Of a stretch of DNA of 64,000 nt, positions 26,401-39,281 are shown piece after piece. Position numbers and translations under genes: made by a program. The DNA is from Euprymna scolopes. Taxonomy: Eukaryota. Position 1 is the stretch's first letter, and each line of letters begins with the position of its first letter. The DNA is taken from NCBI GenBank assembly GCA_053919585.1, contig CM132785.1; one strand, given 5' to 3'. Under the pieces are notes generated by a model. It made no database searches. It worked only from the letters and a program-made list of their open reading frames with translations, and was not told the DNA's origin.

Positions 26401-27364
26401 TTCGAACCTCAGTTGATGTCGACCCAATGGTGCCACTCTCTACGGATCTTCATAAATATTCACCATCTATTCCTTATACTTATGTATATCACATCGTATA
26501 TTCATCGTGGGACGAAGTTAAAAACATGATTTTCAGCAACGATTATTTATACAAATAAACCCGCTTTAATTAGAAGATTGGCGTGATACAATATTCTTAG
26601 CTGTCGTATATCTATGTTTTATCATGGCTTGGTGTAATTATATCCAAACCGAAGATATTGGCGTAAATGGAAAAGGGATGTAATGGGAAAAAGATAAGAT
26701 TATAAGTAAGAAATACATGGAGAAATCAGAGAAACTAAAAAAATATAATCAATATAAATTATTCACTTTGAAAATTAAACCAAATTAGATTTTTTTTCTG
26801 GTTTGTTTAAAGGATCCTTTTTGATTAAAAGTGAAAAAAAAAATTAATCATTTTAAAAGGGAACGTTATTGTTTGGCTGAATCTATTTTTACGCCGTGTC
26901 AGACCTTTTTGTATGGCTTCGACTTTTTGTTCGGTTAGATTAAGATTTAATTTTTTTTGTTTCTTGTGGCCATTTTACTTTATTTCTTCTTCATCATTTT
27001 ATCATTGTGATTAGTTGTAGTAGTCGTAGTACTAGTGGAACTAGTAGCAGTAGTAGTGTGTACTTCTTATAATATTAATGCTTTATTTATTACTGAATAG
27101 GAGTTTTAGCTGGAGTTTGCGTAACATGTCTCTTCAGGTTTCCAGTATTTTCCCCATTGCTATCTTGCGCTATCGCAACAGCTGTTTATCATTTATTTCT
27201 CGCTAGTAACGATATTTGGGCTTCTTTTGAATTTGGAATTTTAGTTACAGTGAACTTCCTTTAAGATTTCAGTACTTTCGTATCCGTTCAGTGAATGTCT
27301 GGTTGGTACTTTCCCTCCTCAGATATTCCATTATCAATTACCAATAACGACAATACTTTCTCAA

Positions 27365-27400
<36 letters not shown>

Positions 27401-28798
27401 GTTGTTTTTGTTGGTGCTCTTTCATTATTATGATGATTGAAAACTATCGAAAACCTAGGTAATTACACAAAAACAAATATAAACTCTTCATTTTTGTTTT
27501 TGTTTTTTTGGTGAGAAAATATAATTTCTAAATTTTAGTTAACAAATGTATTGCAAACTAATTTTTAAGATGGAAAAAGTTTGTTTTAAAACTTTTTTTC
27601 TTCTACTTTTAATACATTTCACTTTTATAATTACGATGAGATTTTCCCTTTGTGAAGTTTTACATGAAATGTTATATTTACTTCTTTATTTTAATATCAA
27701 TCATCTCGAAGGGGAAAATCGATGGAATTTCAACTTTTATGACTATAAGATGACATCATTATTTCTAGTTCTCTAGAATGTAATTTGATTTTAAGGAAGT
27801 ATTGAAAAGTTCATATTTTGACGTGAAAATCAAATATCAATCGAAATAAATTAATAAAAAAAATATGGCAAACTTTGTGATAACATATGGTTAAAAGAAG
27901 AGTTAATACAAAATCGATTACTAAGAAGGATTTAGTATCTGCTTATCTGAAATCGAAACTATTCTATTATTATATATTTATGTTTGCTTAAGTTTACAAC
28001 TATTTGCAACTAAGGTACTAACTTTCAACGCTCAGTTCAGCAGGCATTGTAGCATCTAGTGCGCTGTAACGATACCAACTTCTCTTCTTTTGGGAGCTTA
28101 GTGCTGTAGGATTTATTGTTCTGAGATCAACATCTCGTGTATTTATCATTTTGGGAAGGACGAATGTAGTATCTATTCGGGGATAAGGATACCATTCTCC
28201 TAGACTTTACCTCCTCCTTTGAAGTGGGAAGTGTAGTAGATGTTTGCTGTCTTAAAATCTTCCCTTAAGGCTTCACCTTGTATTTGCGAGTTCTACTGCT
28301 GTACCTGTTCTGTTGTTTGGATATTTTCCTCCGTTGAATTACTTCCTGTTTAAAGGGTAGTGTAGTATTAGTTCGTTCGTTCATAAAGTTAGTATAACAT
28401 TATCTAGGGCATTGATTCCTTGTTTTTTTGTTTTTATGTGACGAACTGCACTGTAGCATCAGTTCACTTATAATATATACAAACAAAAATCTGCAACGCA
28501 AAAAAGCACACTAGTGCTTGTTATAATCATAAGGTGTTTTTTTTTTATATTAGCACATCTATTCTTGTCACAATAATAATTTCAAGAAAACCACGGACCT
28601 GTAATTTTGCCGGGGTATGGAAGAATTCGCAACTTTTGTTTTATTAATCATATACAATGAGTATCTTAGAATAGATATTCTCGAGTGTCCTTAACTAACA
28701 AGTTGTTGATATGCGGTCATATAGATAAAGGAATAAAAATATTTCAAGTGGAAAAACTGTAATACACTCTGACCACTAAATTGTTTTTTTTTTTAAAT

Positions 28799-28832
<34 letters not shown>

Positions 28833-29959
28833 AAAGACAGAATGCGAATTGCAATACAAAATAAAAAACCATTTTATGATTTTTATAATTTATTACTGAG
28901 GATGGTGGAATTCGTTCGCACCATTAAAATAAAAGTACATGAAAGAATCCTTTCCATTTCAAATATCTGTCAAGCATTGCGCGAAGCCTTTCACGGTGGC
29001 GTTTATTTGGAATTTCGTGATGCGAGAAATGAGGTTTCTATAGATTTTAATTTGCAGAATTGGACACTAACCTAAATAGTTTATATTAATAGCAAAGAGG
29101 ATTTAGTTGACCTTAACCCACAAATCCGGGCCCTTTTTCTAAACTTAATCCAACCATAATTCTCACCAAGAAAGGTTTCACTGAAGTAGGTTAAAAGGTT
29201 TAATTTTATTTATTTTGAGAAATTAAGCTTTTCCTTATTGGTGGGGCATATCTACTAAATATCTTTAAATTATTTATTTCATGCCATTAATTAAACACAG
29301 GTTATTATAAGTCGACGAATGAGATGTTCGTATTTTTAAGGGGTACTGTTAGTATCCAATAGTATATGCTGCGACGGTGTGATTAGCACGATTTCAGCGC
29401 TCTAAAGAAAGAAGGTAAAAACTAATAACAGACATAGAAAACTATTAAACTGAACGAAAATACAAGGAAAAAGAAGATAATAAAAAATGGAGATAACAAA
29501 AAGGGGGAGGAAATTAAGGAAGACATAAATGTAAATGGAAGATAAATGGGGAAATTATGCCAGAAAAGTAAAAAAAAAAAAAGAAAAGTAAAACACTTGA
29601 AAAGAAAAAAAACGTGAACATATCATTTTTAAAGCAATTTTTTTGTTCTCATTGTGCTATGGTCCGTCAAATCAAGTACGAATAAAAACTGAATAAGAAA
29701 AAAAAAACTTTTTTACTCCATTGGCATAATTATGTGTTTCGTAATCGGAGTTAATGAACGATAACAATTTGGGATTTCCCCGCGAAAGGCAAAACAAAAG
29801 AAAGTTTCTTGTAACGACTGGTTATTTGATATTAAAAAATAAAACCCTTGTTTATTTTTCACTCCAACCCTATTTTTAGTCCATTTTTGTCAGGTGCGTA
29901 TCTGAATCGCTCGGGAACGAATAGGAGGGTCGTATTACTAATCTTATTTTATTTATTTA

Positions 29960-30090
29960 CTAGCAGGACTCCCAGCGTTGCCCGGTCGTAAAATATGATT
30001 AAATTTGAAATTTTAATTCATGCAGATTTCGTATTTATTAATATAGAGCAAATTTCCTATTGTTTATCATATTGTACCCAATATATATAA
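29960..30090 (-). mobile_element. Helitron 3' end
   Basis: Reverse complement ...TATTTTACGACCGGGCAACGCTGGGAGTCCTGCTAG|T: hairpin followed by CTAG (29960-29963), same family as 39068-39138. Confidence 0.7.
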
Positions 30091-31429
30091 TACTGATTTA
30101 AAAAAAAAATAAAAAATAAAAAAAACATGTTCAGTGAGATAAGATGGAATTCAGTGCCCCGCTCTTAGTCGTGATTTAGCGTATCAGCCTTCCTTGTAAC
30201 CGTTTGAGCTATGGCCCGATGGATAAAAGTTAGCTAAAAATTAAGGGAACCCGCTCTTTTTATAGTCTTTTGCTTTTTCCTTAATGTGACGTCATTTCAC
30301 ACACGATCAACATTTGCATACAACCACCATACTTATGTACATTGTTTGTTTTTTTTTGTTTTTTTTTTAAATAATATTATGGCGTTGGTGTTCGCATAAA
30401 GGTATCCATAAACAACAAATACGCCATATTAATTTGGTTCATTATAGTTACAAGGCAAACATGTACTATTATGCATATGTATTATTATTATTTGAGATTT
30501 TAAATTAGAATATAATGGTAATACGGAGTCCAGCGCTTGGAGTATGAATAGGTAGTCATTCTCTGATAAAAGTTTCATTAAGTAGAAATGAACATTTGTT
30601 CAACTTTGTATAATCTAATAAATTTTATACAATTTACTGATGGCTTAAATCTAACTAAAATCAAAGGTTAACTAAACTAACCAGTGAAAACATCATGCTC
30701 CTTCGTCAACGCTGCTCAGAAAACGATTACATCTTACCTCCCCATATGACCTCTGCATAGACCGGGTATATTGTTACTATATTTGAGATTCGTGATTCTC
30801 AGAAGCTAACAATGGCTCGCGGACAGATAGGCTAACAATGTTCATCTTATAACACGTGAATTTTAGTGAGTATATCTTGGGTTTTGTCATCGATAGCTTT
30901 CTTCCTGCAAAATCCATGATCAAATTGGATTCTTCAGATCTTTTTGGTGGATCCTGGGTGCATTTTGTAAATAAAAAGAAACTAATTTGATTTATTTCTT
31001 TCTAGACGCTACTTTGACCGGCTGGAATTACTTTTGCGCTATACGAAAACCATCTTAAAAATAAAGTCGAAACTACAGAGTTACTCTCAATGTTTCGAAC
31101 AATATTTTGGAAATTGAAACGGCATATTTTAAACAACCGAAATTCTCCAAAATAATTCTAAATAAAAATAGTACAAAAACACTACAGCTACTTATATATA
31201 CTAGTGCGCCGTATTGTAAAAAGTGACGACACAATTGGTCCCATTGTTTGTGTTTATTGCAGATTTCAGTTTTATGCATATATGTGTGCGTTTTAATACT
31301 ACAGATAAAATACGTCATTACGAACTCATAGACACTTTTGTTGGCGATACTTTGCGTTTGGTGGAATACATACTGAAATGCTCCCCTTGGTATACAAAGA
31401 GTTATACCTACAAACGTGCGTGTGTTTTG

Positions 31430-31461
<32 letters not shown>

Positions 31462-31466
31462 GGTGT

Positions 31467-31744
31467 GTCGACATAATCACATTGACACACCGGCTCTCGC
31501 CAGGAAACCGTTTAGCAACGTTGAGCCTGGCTGTTACCAAATTTGTGATCATCGATGAATTCTAGTCGCTGTGTGTGTTGTTCGCTTCCCTCGTCATTTT
31601 TCCGTCGTTCTGAACCTCCAGTTGCCACTGGTATTTAACACTAAGCGAGGTGTGATTGGAGATTTCACTAATCTTATCACAAAAATTTCCACGAGCAGGC
31701 ACCTTTAGAGCGGGTATTTATAGTATGTCAAGATTGAAGGAAGC
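31467..31744 (+). mobile_element. 5S rRNA-derived SINE (SINE3-like), copy 2
   Basis: CGACATAATCACATTGACACACCGGCTCTCG...TTAGCAACGTTGAGCCTGG is 5S-like. The tail CGCTTCCCTCGTCATTT..GCCACTGGTATTTAACA..CACAAAAATTT..AGGCACC..GGGTAT..TGTCAAGATTGAAGGAAGC aligns with the reverse complement of 1612-1795. Confidence 0.75.
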
Positions 31745-32439
31745 TACCCTGCATATGTTTGTGTGCGTGGATCTCAGTGACACTAGATCATTTTTTGCAC
31801 ATCAGGATTCTTATCCACTGCACCATTATCTAAGCCTCAGCGAATTGCAATCTTAACGTTCATGAAAGAGCGACAGAAATACGTGTATTGTTAGATGTGA
31901 GAGATGGGAACTCAAAATGAGACGCATTTTCTTAAAACGCCATTTTCTTTTTCAAATTATTCCACTATTTTATGACGATACTAATTATTAACACCACTAG
32001 TAATGAAAAAAAATATTAACTAAGCTAATGTCAATAAGAAGACATGACGGAAAAGAAGTGAAAGGCGGTTCGAGAACGTTGTGATCCTTGCAATTGAGGC
32101 TTTGGGCCTTGAAAGCTGTCACTGAAGAGATGGCAACAGCGGTGGTTGGAACGCGGACAGGGAACAAGTTTTCATTACAGTCGTTTTTTTTTCTTCTTCT
32201 TCTTCTTTACTGTCGCTCCATTTTTATTTTATTTTTATTTTCTTTCATTTCTTTCGTTAACCTCTTGAATAACAGCCCTAATTCACACGGCAATCTATTG
32301 TTTGTCAGTCGCCCTCCTCCATTTGCACGGGAGGGTGGGGACTTCGAATTAGATCCAGTAACGAGGGTCCCTTTGTCCCCCAAGCGGCCACAACCAGACA
32401 ATAGACAGTCTACTTTCTGTGTTCCTTATTTACGACACC

Positions 32440-33444
32440 CTATCTAATACTACCATAATTACGACCACTACTACTACCCCTGCAAATAATACTACAATAA
32501 TTACTATTTTAACAAAAACTAATACTCTTACGACCAATACCACGTTTTACAACTACTGTGTCGACGAACAGCACTACTCTTACTACCACAGCAACCCCTC
32601 CGATGGTTGTTCCTACGACTTATGATTATACTACTAACGCTTTTATGATTACTGCTATAATTTCTCTTTACTGATATTATTATACCGTCTGTAAGTACTT
32701 ATGCTATAATTTGTACTGCAATCAGGTATCCCACCATTTTCCCGCTTACTACTACCACCAATTTTACGAATAATGCTACCACTTGTCCTATCACACTGAA
32801 AAATACTTCTATCCAAGCTACTACCATTTCTACCGCTACTTCTAAGAGTAATATTTTAACCACTTTTATTAATACTGCATCCTTCCATCACTTTCAGGAT
32901 TACTGCCAATACGATTACGAATAAGACTGCTGCTAACAATTCTATGAATTTTGCTATTTTTACGATCACTATCGCCACTTTAGCGACTAATACTTTGACC
33001 ACATTTACGATAACTGATCACTTCTGCGACTCCCACCATCATTTTTCGGACAACAACTTCCCCATTACTTCTACAACTACTACTATTACTTTTACCACTA
33101 ATACTACTCCACTTTTCTGATTATTACAACCATTTTAAGACAACTTCCAACGGGTAAGTACTATGATTACCATAGATTTTATGACAAATACTATCATAAC
33201 TCTTACGATAAAAAACCATCACCACTACAACGACGAATACTACCACCAGTTTTACGACTTTCCCACTTCTACGACTGCTAATACTATTATTAGGTCTATT
33301 ATTTTCACCGTTTTAGGACTAACTTTTCGAATACTGCCACCACTGTTTCGAGTTATACTATCACCAACATCTAATCTTATTGACACTATTCTAGAATTAA
33401 TACTTCTACAGTAGAATCCCTGGATACGGTGTCCCTAGGATACG

Positions 33445-33475
<31 letters not shown>

Positions 33476-33810
33476 GTTACGTTGTTGATGCGATATTTTC
33501 CGGTCCCTGTTTACAGTATTTGCCCCGCTTTACGTTTATATATATATATATATATAATTTTATTTGATTATAGACATGTGTATTATATACTGAACTGTAT
33601 TTTTTATTTTTACTAATTTTAATGTCGTACCCCGGGGTCCAACTGTATCACTACTGCTACTGCAAAAACTACTAATACAACTACGTCTATTCCTTTTTTT
33701 ATTTGTGACTTATACCATCACTTTTACAGCGACCAGGTTTACGACTACTACCACCACCGCCACTCCTACGACTACCACCACCGACATCGTTTTTCGGGAC
33801 TTAACTACTC
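32440..33810. repeat. Long degenerate (ACT/ACC/ATT)n cryptic trinucleotide tract
   Basis: Recurrent TACTAC/ACCACC/ACGACT words over ~1.4 kb, with many stops and only short Thr-rich ORFs. A complementary-type (TAG/GTT)n tract lies at ~43260-43530. Confidence 0.75.
33409..33645. mobile_element. Tc1/mariner-superfamily (pogo/Tigger-like) MITE
   Basis: TA|CAGTAGAATCCCCTGGATACG ... CGTACCCCGGGGTCCAACTG|TA: ~20-bp imperfect TIRs starting CAGT, with TA target duplication (33407-33408, 33646-33647). Confidence 0.8.
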
Positions 33811-36800
33811 AAATGTTGCCCCTTTGATTGCTGTCGGTTATTGTTGTCGTCTTCTTTCTAAGTGGCCTGACTATTATGCTTTCATTAGGATTATAAATTA
33901 CCGGTGGGTAGAGGGTGCGGGGAACGTTTTCAGACGAAATTGTTTACCGGTAAAAGAAGTTATAATCGTGAGAGAGCGGTGAGGGCGGGGGTGAGGGGGT
34001 GAAGTGATAACAAAAGTAGGAGTAATGCTATTTTAGACTAAAAAGACTAAAGAACAGAACGAAGGGAAAGAAAAGACGAAGAAAAAACATCATAAAATAA
34101 AGATCGACATATTAAGGTCGTTGCCTCGAACTATATACCAAATTATGTCATACCATTAAATCTCTATTTAGTGACTTTCCCCACGAGGACAGAGTTAGAC
34201 ACAAGGTCAGCTCTTAATGTGGGGAAATATCACGCTCCTTCAAAAGGGTCATTCTAGATTGATACAAAATAAAAAATCGTCTCAGTGCAGAAAGAGTTCT
34301 CCTTTGAATAACACAGGAAAGAAAAATGAAGCATATGTCAAAAGGAATACCACGCATTTCCGCAGTCGACAAGTTATCGGGAAGTCATAGTTATGACATG
34401 TTTAGTAAATACCATATTTGCCTTCTATGAAAGTTATAGTTTATAATCTAGATACGAAAACAGCCCTAAATAACGCTGGCAAATTTGAAAACAAATATCT
34501 AGGTGTGCATACCTGGCATTGTACATTATGAAAATCAGACTTCTGGCCATTGTCTTCACGTTTGTATACGCTGCACATTTGCCCGAGAGTCAGCGATAAT
34601 AGGGTCTCAATATAATTCATATTTTGAAATGTGCGTGTGTTTTAAGGTTCGTGTTATACTGTTCAAATATGTTTGCTATTTTTATGGGAGAATATCTCGC
34701 TAATAGCCGAGTGCATTTCTTTGCGTGAGTATTTCTGTTGCTCGTGAATAACACATAAGCCAGTTTCTAAAAAAAAAAGGTCTCAAACACGTGTGAGGGA
34801 TCGAATATAGATTTAGGAAAATTATCATGGATTTTTACCGGGTAGATTTCGCGTGTCGTAAGAGCGTTTTCAAAGCAGCCAACAGACAGGTGTGCGCCGA
34901 TTAAAAAAAAACACACATGACACATATCCTAATTCGTGTCCTTATCAACATTCGCTTCCTCGTTGTTTCTTTTGTTTAGTATTGTTTCTGAACGATCGAT
35001 GACGTAATATAGCTCTTAACAAATCCCTTCCGTTTTTTTTAATTATTCTTTTTTTTATTTAACCAGTGTTTATGTTTTTTTTTTTTTTTAAATAAATGAA
35101 ACTATAAATTTACGTATTAACAAAAGGCTTGCCTTATTTGTTTTCCGGCATATCAACTGTATTTGGCTCATGTAAAATTCAAACACAATACTTGATTGGT
35201 ATCCATTTTGTCTACAGTGTACCACTCCGTTTTCGGTTATTTAATACTGGAACGTAATAAAATATTTCTCTAGATTGTTTTACGGCATGTCAGATCTATT
35301 GGAGAAACGAAATAATTCATCCAGATCTCTTCACTGAATTAGACTAACATGGCCACTATTCTAGTGATTGATCGAGCCGGCTTAGTTGTAAATGTGAAAG
35401 TATTTTGTTATAATATACAAAATGTTGAATTATCGATGATCAAACCGAAATATTATAAGCGCAGAACAACGATCTACAATTTTTTTTTATTACAATACAC
35501 AAACGCACGCGCATACATATAATGGAAAAGCATTATTTAAAAAACTGCTTTGTTATAATATTTTAATTAGTAAATGGAATTGTATTTGAAATTTGACTAG
35601 ATCAATCGGAAATACGTAAAAAATAAATGCTGAAATTAAATCAAGAGAAAGAACATAAACTGCTTAGTTACAATATCAGACGATTTAAAACTTTCTCAAT
35701 TTTTTATGTCAACAAAATGAGAATATGCGAGAAAATGCGATGTATCCGAATTCGAACCGCGATTGACGTGTAACAAGTGAACTCGTAATCTCTGATACAG
35801 GAAATGTAGCCATAAACGAAAGTGTCAGCAATTTTGTTGTTGCTTTACATTTTTCTGTTGCAATTTTCTCAAGAAAGCCCTTTGCACCCATAGCGCATGC
35901 GCGTCTATCCTTTTCTTTCTGGAAGATCAATCGTTTCAGCATACCCTTAACATAGTGACAACGATGCACGTAAGCACGCACATACACACCGAGTGTAAGT
36001 GCTGGAATAGGCATCTGCTCGCTTTGAGTGATTTTCCCTAGGGATTCCAGGGGAAAATCATGATCAAAAACTTCATCCTCTCCTCCTTATTCCTTCGAGT
36101 AAGATGTCAAAAAACGGAGTAGGGCATCATGTTATATTTTATATATTTATGTATTTTATGGAAGCGGGTGAAAGCATTTTGAAATAGGTGAACGTGTGTT
36201 TGTTTACCAAGATAAGTTCAAATTACTCTCTTGTTTACCAGAATGTATAAGGTATAGATATTGTTTTTTGTTGGTTTTTTTTTTGTTTGTTTTGTAAGTT
36301 GAAAGTAATTTTCTTGAGGAAAATGATAGAAGCGGGGGGAAAAAACCTAAACGGCGAAGAAAGAAAAAAATATGCGCACGCTTTAAAATTTATTAACGAA
36401 ACATACATGTTGAGAAAATGGAGGTAATTTTCCACCTGNNNNNNNNNNNNNNNNNNNNNNNNNNNNNNNNNNNNNNNNNNNNNNNNNNNNNNNNNNNNNN
36501 NNNNNNNNNNNNNNNNNNNNNNNNNNNNNNNNNNNNNNNNNNNNNNNNNNNNNNNNNNNNNNNNNNAGAGAATATTGTGTAGCAAACATAATGATTTTCA
36601 ATTTGGAATTGAAAATAATAAGTACTTATTCCGCTTTTTCACACAGCAAAATGCAACTCATTGGCAGAATCCGATGCATAACAAAGTGGTTATATTTTTA
36701 CATAATAAATAAAAAAAATATATATGCCTCTAAAATATCTAGCCTTTATTATTATAGATTAAACCAAAAAGTGGATGAGAGACGTTGCGTTTAAATAAAT

Positions 36801-37507
36801 TAAAACCTCATCGTTACTGTTGAATGACCTCCAGTGTAAACGCAGACCCCACGATATTATAATAAAAACCATTGTTTTGACAAAATTGATATCATTATTT
36901 GTTTTTTCGTACGATTTAATATGGAAAATAGTTGTTTTCTTTTGTATAGGAGCGCCGCCAATGATGAAATAAGATTTAAAAAAGCAAAAATAAATAGATA
37001 AATATTAATAATATTAAAATAGTCATGCGCCCTGTACGCAGATGATATTTACCTACTTCTTGTGAGCTTTGTCTAGACAGGAGTCTGATTACGGTAAACA
37101 TGTACCAAATGAAGAAATAACGTTACCATTGAGCGTAACGCGGAATTCTGCGAGTATATGGAAAAGTAGAATTTTAAATGAGACGATCTTCCGTGTGTAA
37201 GTACTCAATGGGACGAATGAATACCATCGGCGTTGAGTCAGGAATTAAACATTTTTTTACTACAACCAATGTTTTCTCTAGTTTTTTCTTCTTTTAATGT
37301 GATGGGAATCTGGCTGCAAAAACTGTTAATTTTAGTTAAATCTTGAAATAGCTTTCATTATTTAATTTTGCATACCAGGAAGAATAGAGCAAAATTAAGA
37401 CAGAGACTATATATATCATTTAATTTGAATTCATTATTGAGATGAGTATTGTTTACTTATTTATTTATTGCGGACTATTATCCTCATCTTTATTAGTTGT
37501 TGTTTCA

Positions 37508-37870
37508 CGACGTTTCGGCCAACTATTCCTCTGTGGTAACCGCGACGGGATAGGAACTCCAGATCTCCTAACCGCATTCTCAGCAACTACTGCCATTCAT
37601 AGTTGTTGTCGTCTATCCACGTTTTTCAGGCCTCGTGGCCCAGTGGATAGAGACGTTGAATCTCTACGGTTCGAGGTGAGAATTGTCTGAAGATGGTTTC
37701 AATCCTACCCAAAGCCGACCAGAGGCTTACTTGGCCAAAAATGTTGTGAGACGACAACAACTATGGAAGGCAGTAATTGCTGAGAATGCAGTTAGTAGTT
37801 TTGGAGTTGCTATCCCGTCGCGTTTTCCCCCTGACGAAGGCCAGAGGAATAGTTGGCCGAAACGTCGGGA
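37508..37870. mobile_element. Penelope-like inverted (fold-back) repeat with a central tRNA-like segment
   Basis: Arms 37508-37625 and ~37736-37867 are reverse complements (CGACGTTTCGGCCAACTATTCCTCTG / CAGAGGAATAGTTGGCCGAAACGTCG; GCATTCTCAGCAA; CATAGTTGTTGTCGTCT), with a ~110-bp spacer. Confidence 0.8.
37828..37869 (+). ncRNA. Minimal type I hammerhead ribozyme (PLE-type) with an intact core
   Basis: CCC-CTGACGA(37831-37837)-A-GGCCA-gaggaatagt-TGGCC-GAAAC(37859-37863)-GTC-GGG. Stem I 3 bp, stem II 5 bp, palindromic ACGT stem III, GUC cleavage triplet at 37864-37866. Confidence 0.75.
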
Positions 37871-38351
37871 TGGTGATGGGGAGTTAATCCCTCAAAACCA
37901 TCTTCAAAATATTCCAGAATAAGTAAATTAAGAAACAGTCTATCACAATCCATCGATATAAACATGTTTTCTCTTAGCGATTTTGGTCATCGTATTTTAA
38001 AATGCGAACTGTTTGCAAACGTTTTAAAATGTATTAAACTATCTTAGAGAGTTTTAATTTAAAACAAGTAATTCGGCTTTGTCCATTATCAATTAAGTTA
38101 ACTTAAATTAAGATGTTTGAATGTTTTTATTCATCTTTTAGAAAAGTAAACGTTAGAAATGAACAAAACATAATAAACACATTTTCTGAATATTCAAATT
38201 TAAACCGTTTTTATGTTAATGCAAACGGGCGGATATAGTTTGATAGGATACAGATTTAACCATCCGAATATATATTCTAGAATACCAACTGTTGTGCATA
38301 ACATCTATTTATGAAATTGCTGAGTTTATTTCATACACTCAATAATATTAA

Positions 38352-38765
38352 TCTATATACTATAAAAGTTAAAGTGTATGTGTGTGTGTGTGTACATTTC
38401 CCTACGCAATAACTTTGTAATTTTTTAGTCTACAGACTCGAAATTTGATATCAAGGGTACTGAAATTTGGGAAAATCGATGTGATCGGTTTTCGGCCAGA
38501 AATTTGGCAAGTAACAGGTCAAAGTTCAAGGATTTTACCTTTGAGAACTCTACCAAACTCCTCCGACAATTTTGGGTCTAAACACTTAAAAAATTAGATA
38601 TAGGTACCTTGGATATGCATCTAACTTAATAACTTGATTTGAGCCCAAAACAATAAATTGTAAGGAGCCATAATAGGGGTCAAATTTATTTTATTTATTT
38701 ATTTATTTATTTTTTGTTCAGCATTCACCTCCAAACACCCGGGAAACGCCGGTCATACATGCTAG
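38352..38765 (+). mobile_element. Complete non-autonomous Helitron
   Basis: A|TCTATATACTATAAAAG head with a (GT)n tract, subterminal CCGG-gaaacg-CCGG hairpin (38739-38752), CTAG end at 38762-38765, and no TSD. Confidence 0.8.
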
Positions 38766-38924
38766 TCTGTATATAAAGATGATAGTATATGTGTGTGTCA
38801 CGCTTTTTTCTTCCGAGTGAATGCGTTTAATTGTTATGACCTTCCATTTCTTGTAAAAAATAATTTTACCAAGAGTTCTTCATAGGATTTTGATTCAGTT
38901 TCGATTCAAACTGATGTACCCAAG

Positions 38925-38993
<69 letters not shown>

Positions 38994-39281
38994 TTTCTTA
39001 TTTTTGTAATCACAGCTTTATACTGTATAAGAATCCATAGAAAAATGACTCTATAATAATATATATAAAATCTGCATAAATTAAAATATCATATTTAGGC
39101 ATATTTTACGACCGGGCTATGCCGGGTGTCCCTGCTAGTTTAGATAAATGCTTTTGCAGTTTTACAAATGAGCTTCAATAAGATAAGGACGTTTTCATTT
39201 ACGCTGAACAGCCACAGAATGCCAACATCAATATATTACATATGAAAGATTCCGCTGTGGAATTTCCACGGGTCATGCTAG
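38766..39281 (+). mobile_element. Second Helitron, head-to-tail with the first and carrying two 3' termini
   Basis: Starts TCTGTATATAAAG directly after the CTAG of the previous element. First hairpin (ACCGGGCTATGCCGGGT) with CTAG at 39135-39138; second hairpin (GTGGAA-T-TTCCAC) with CTAG at 39278-39281. Confidence 0.75.

Noticed and set aside
34503-34560. GIVHYENQT resembles a mariner catalytic-domain motif
   Set aside because: Too short, with no other transposase motifs recognisable nearby.
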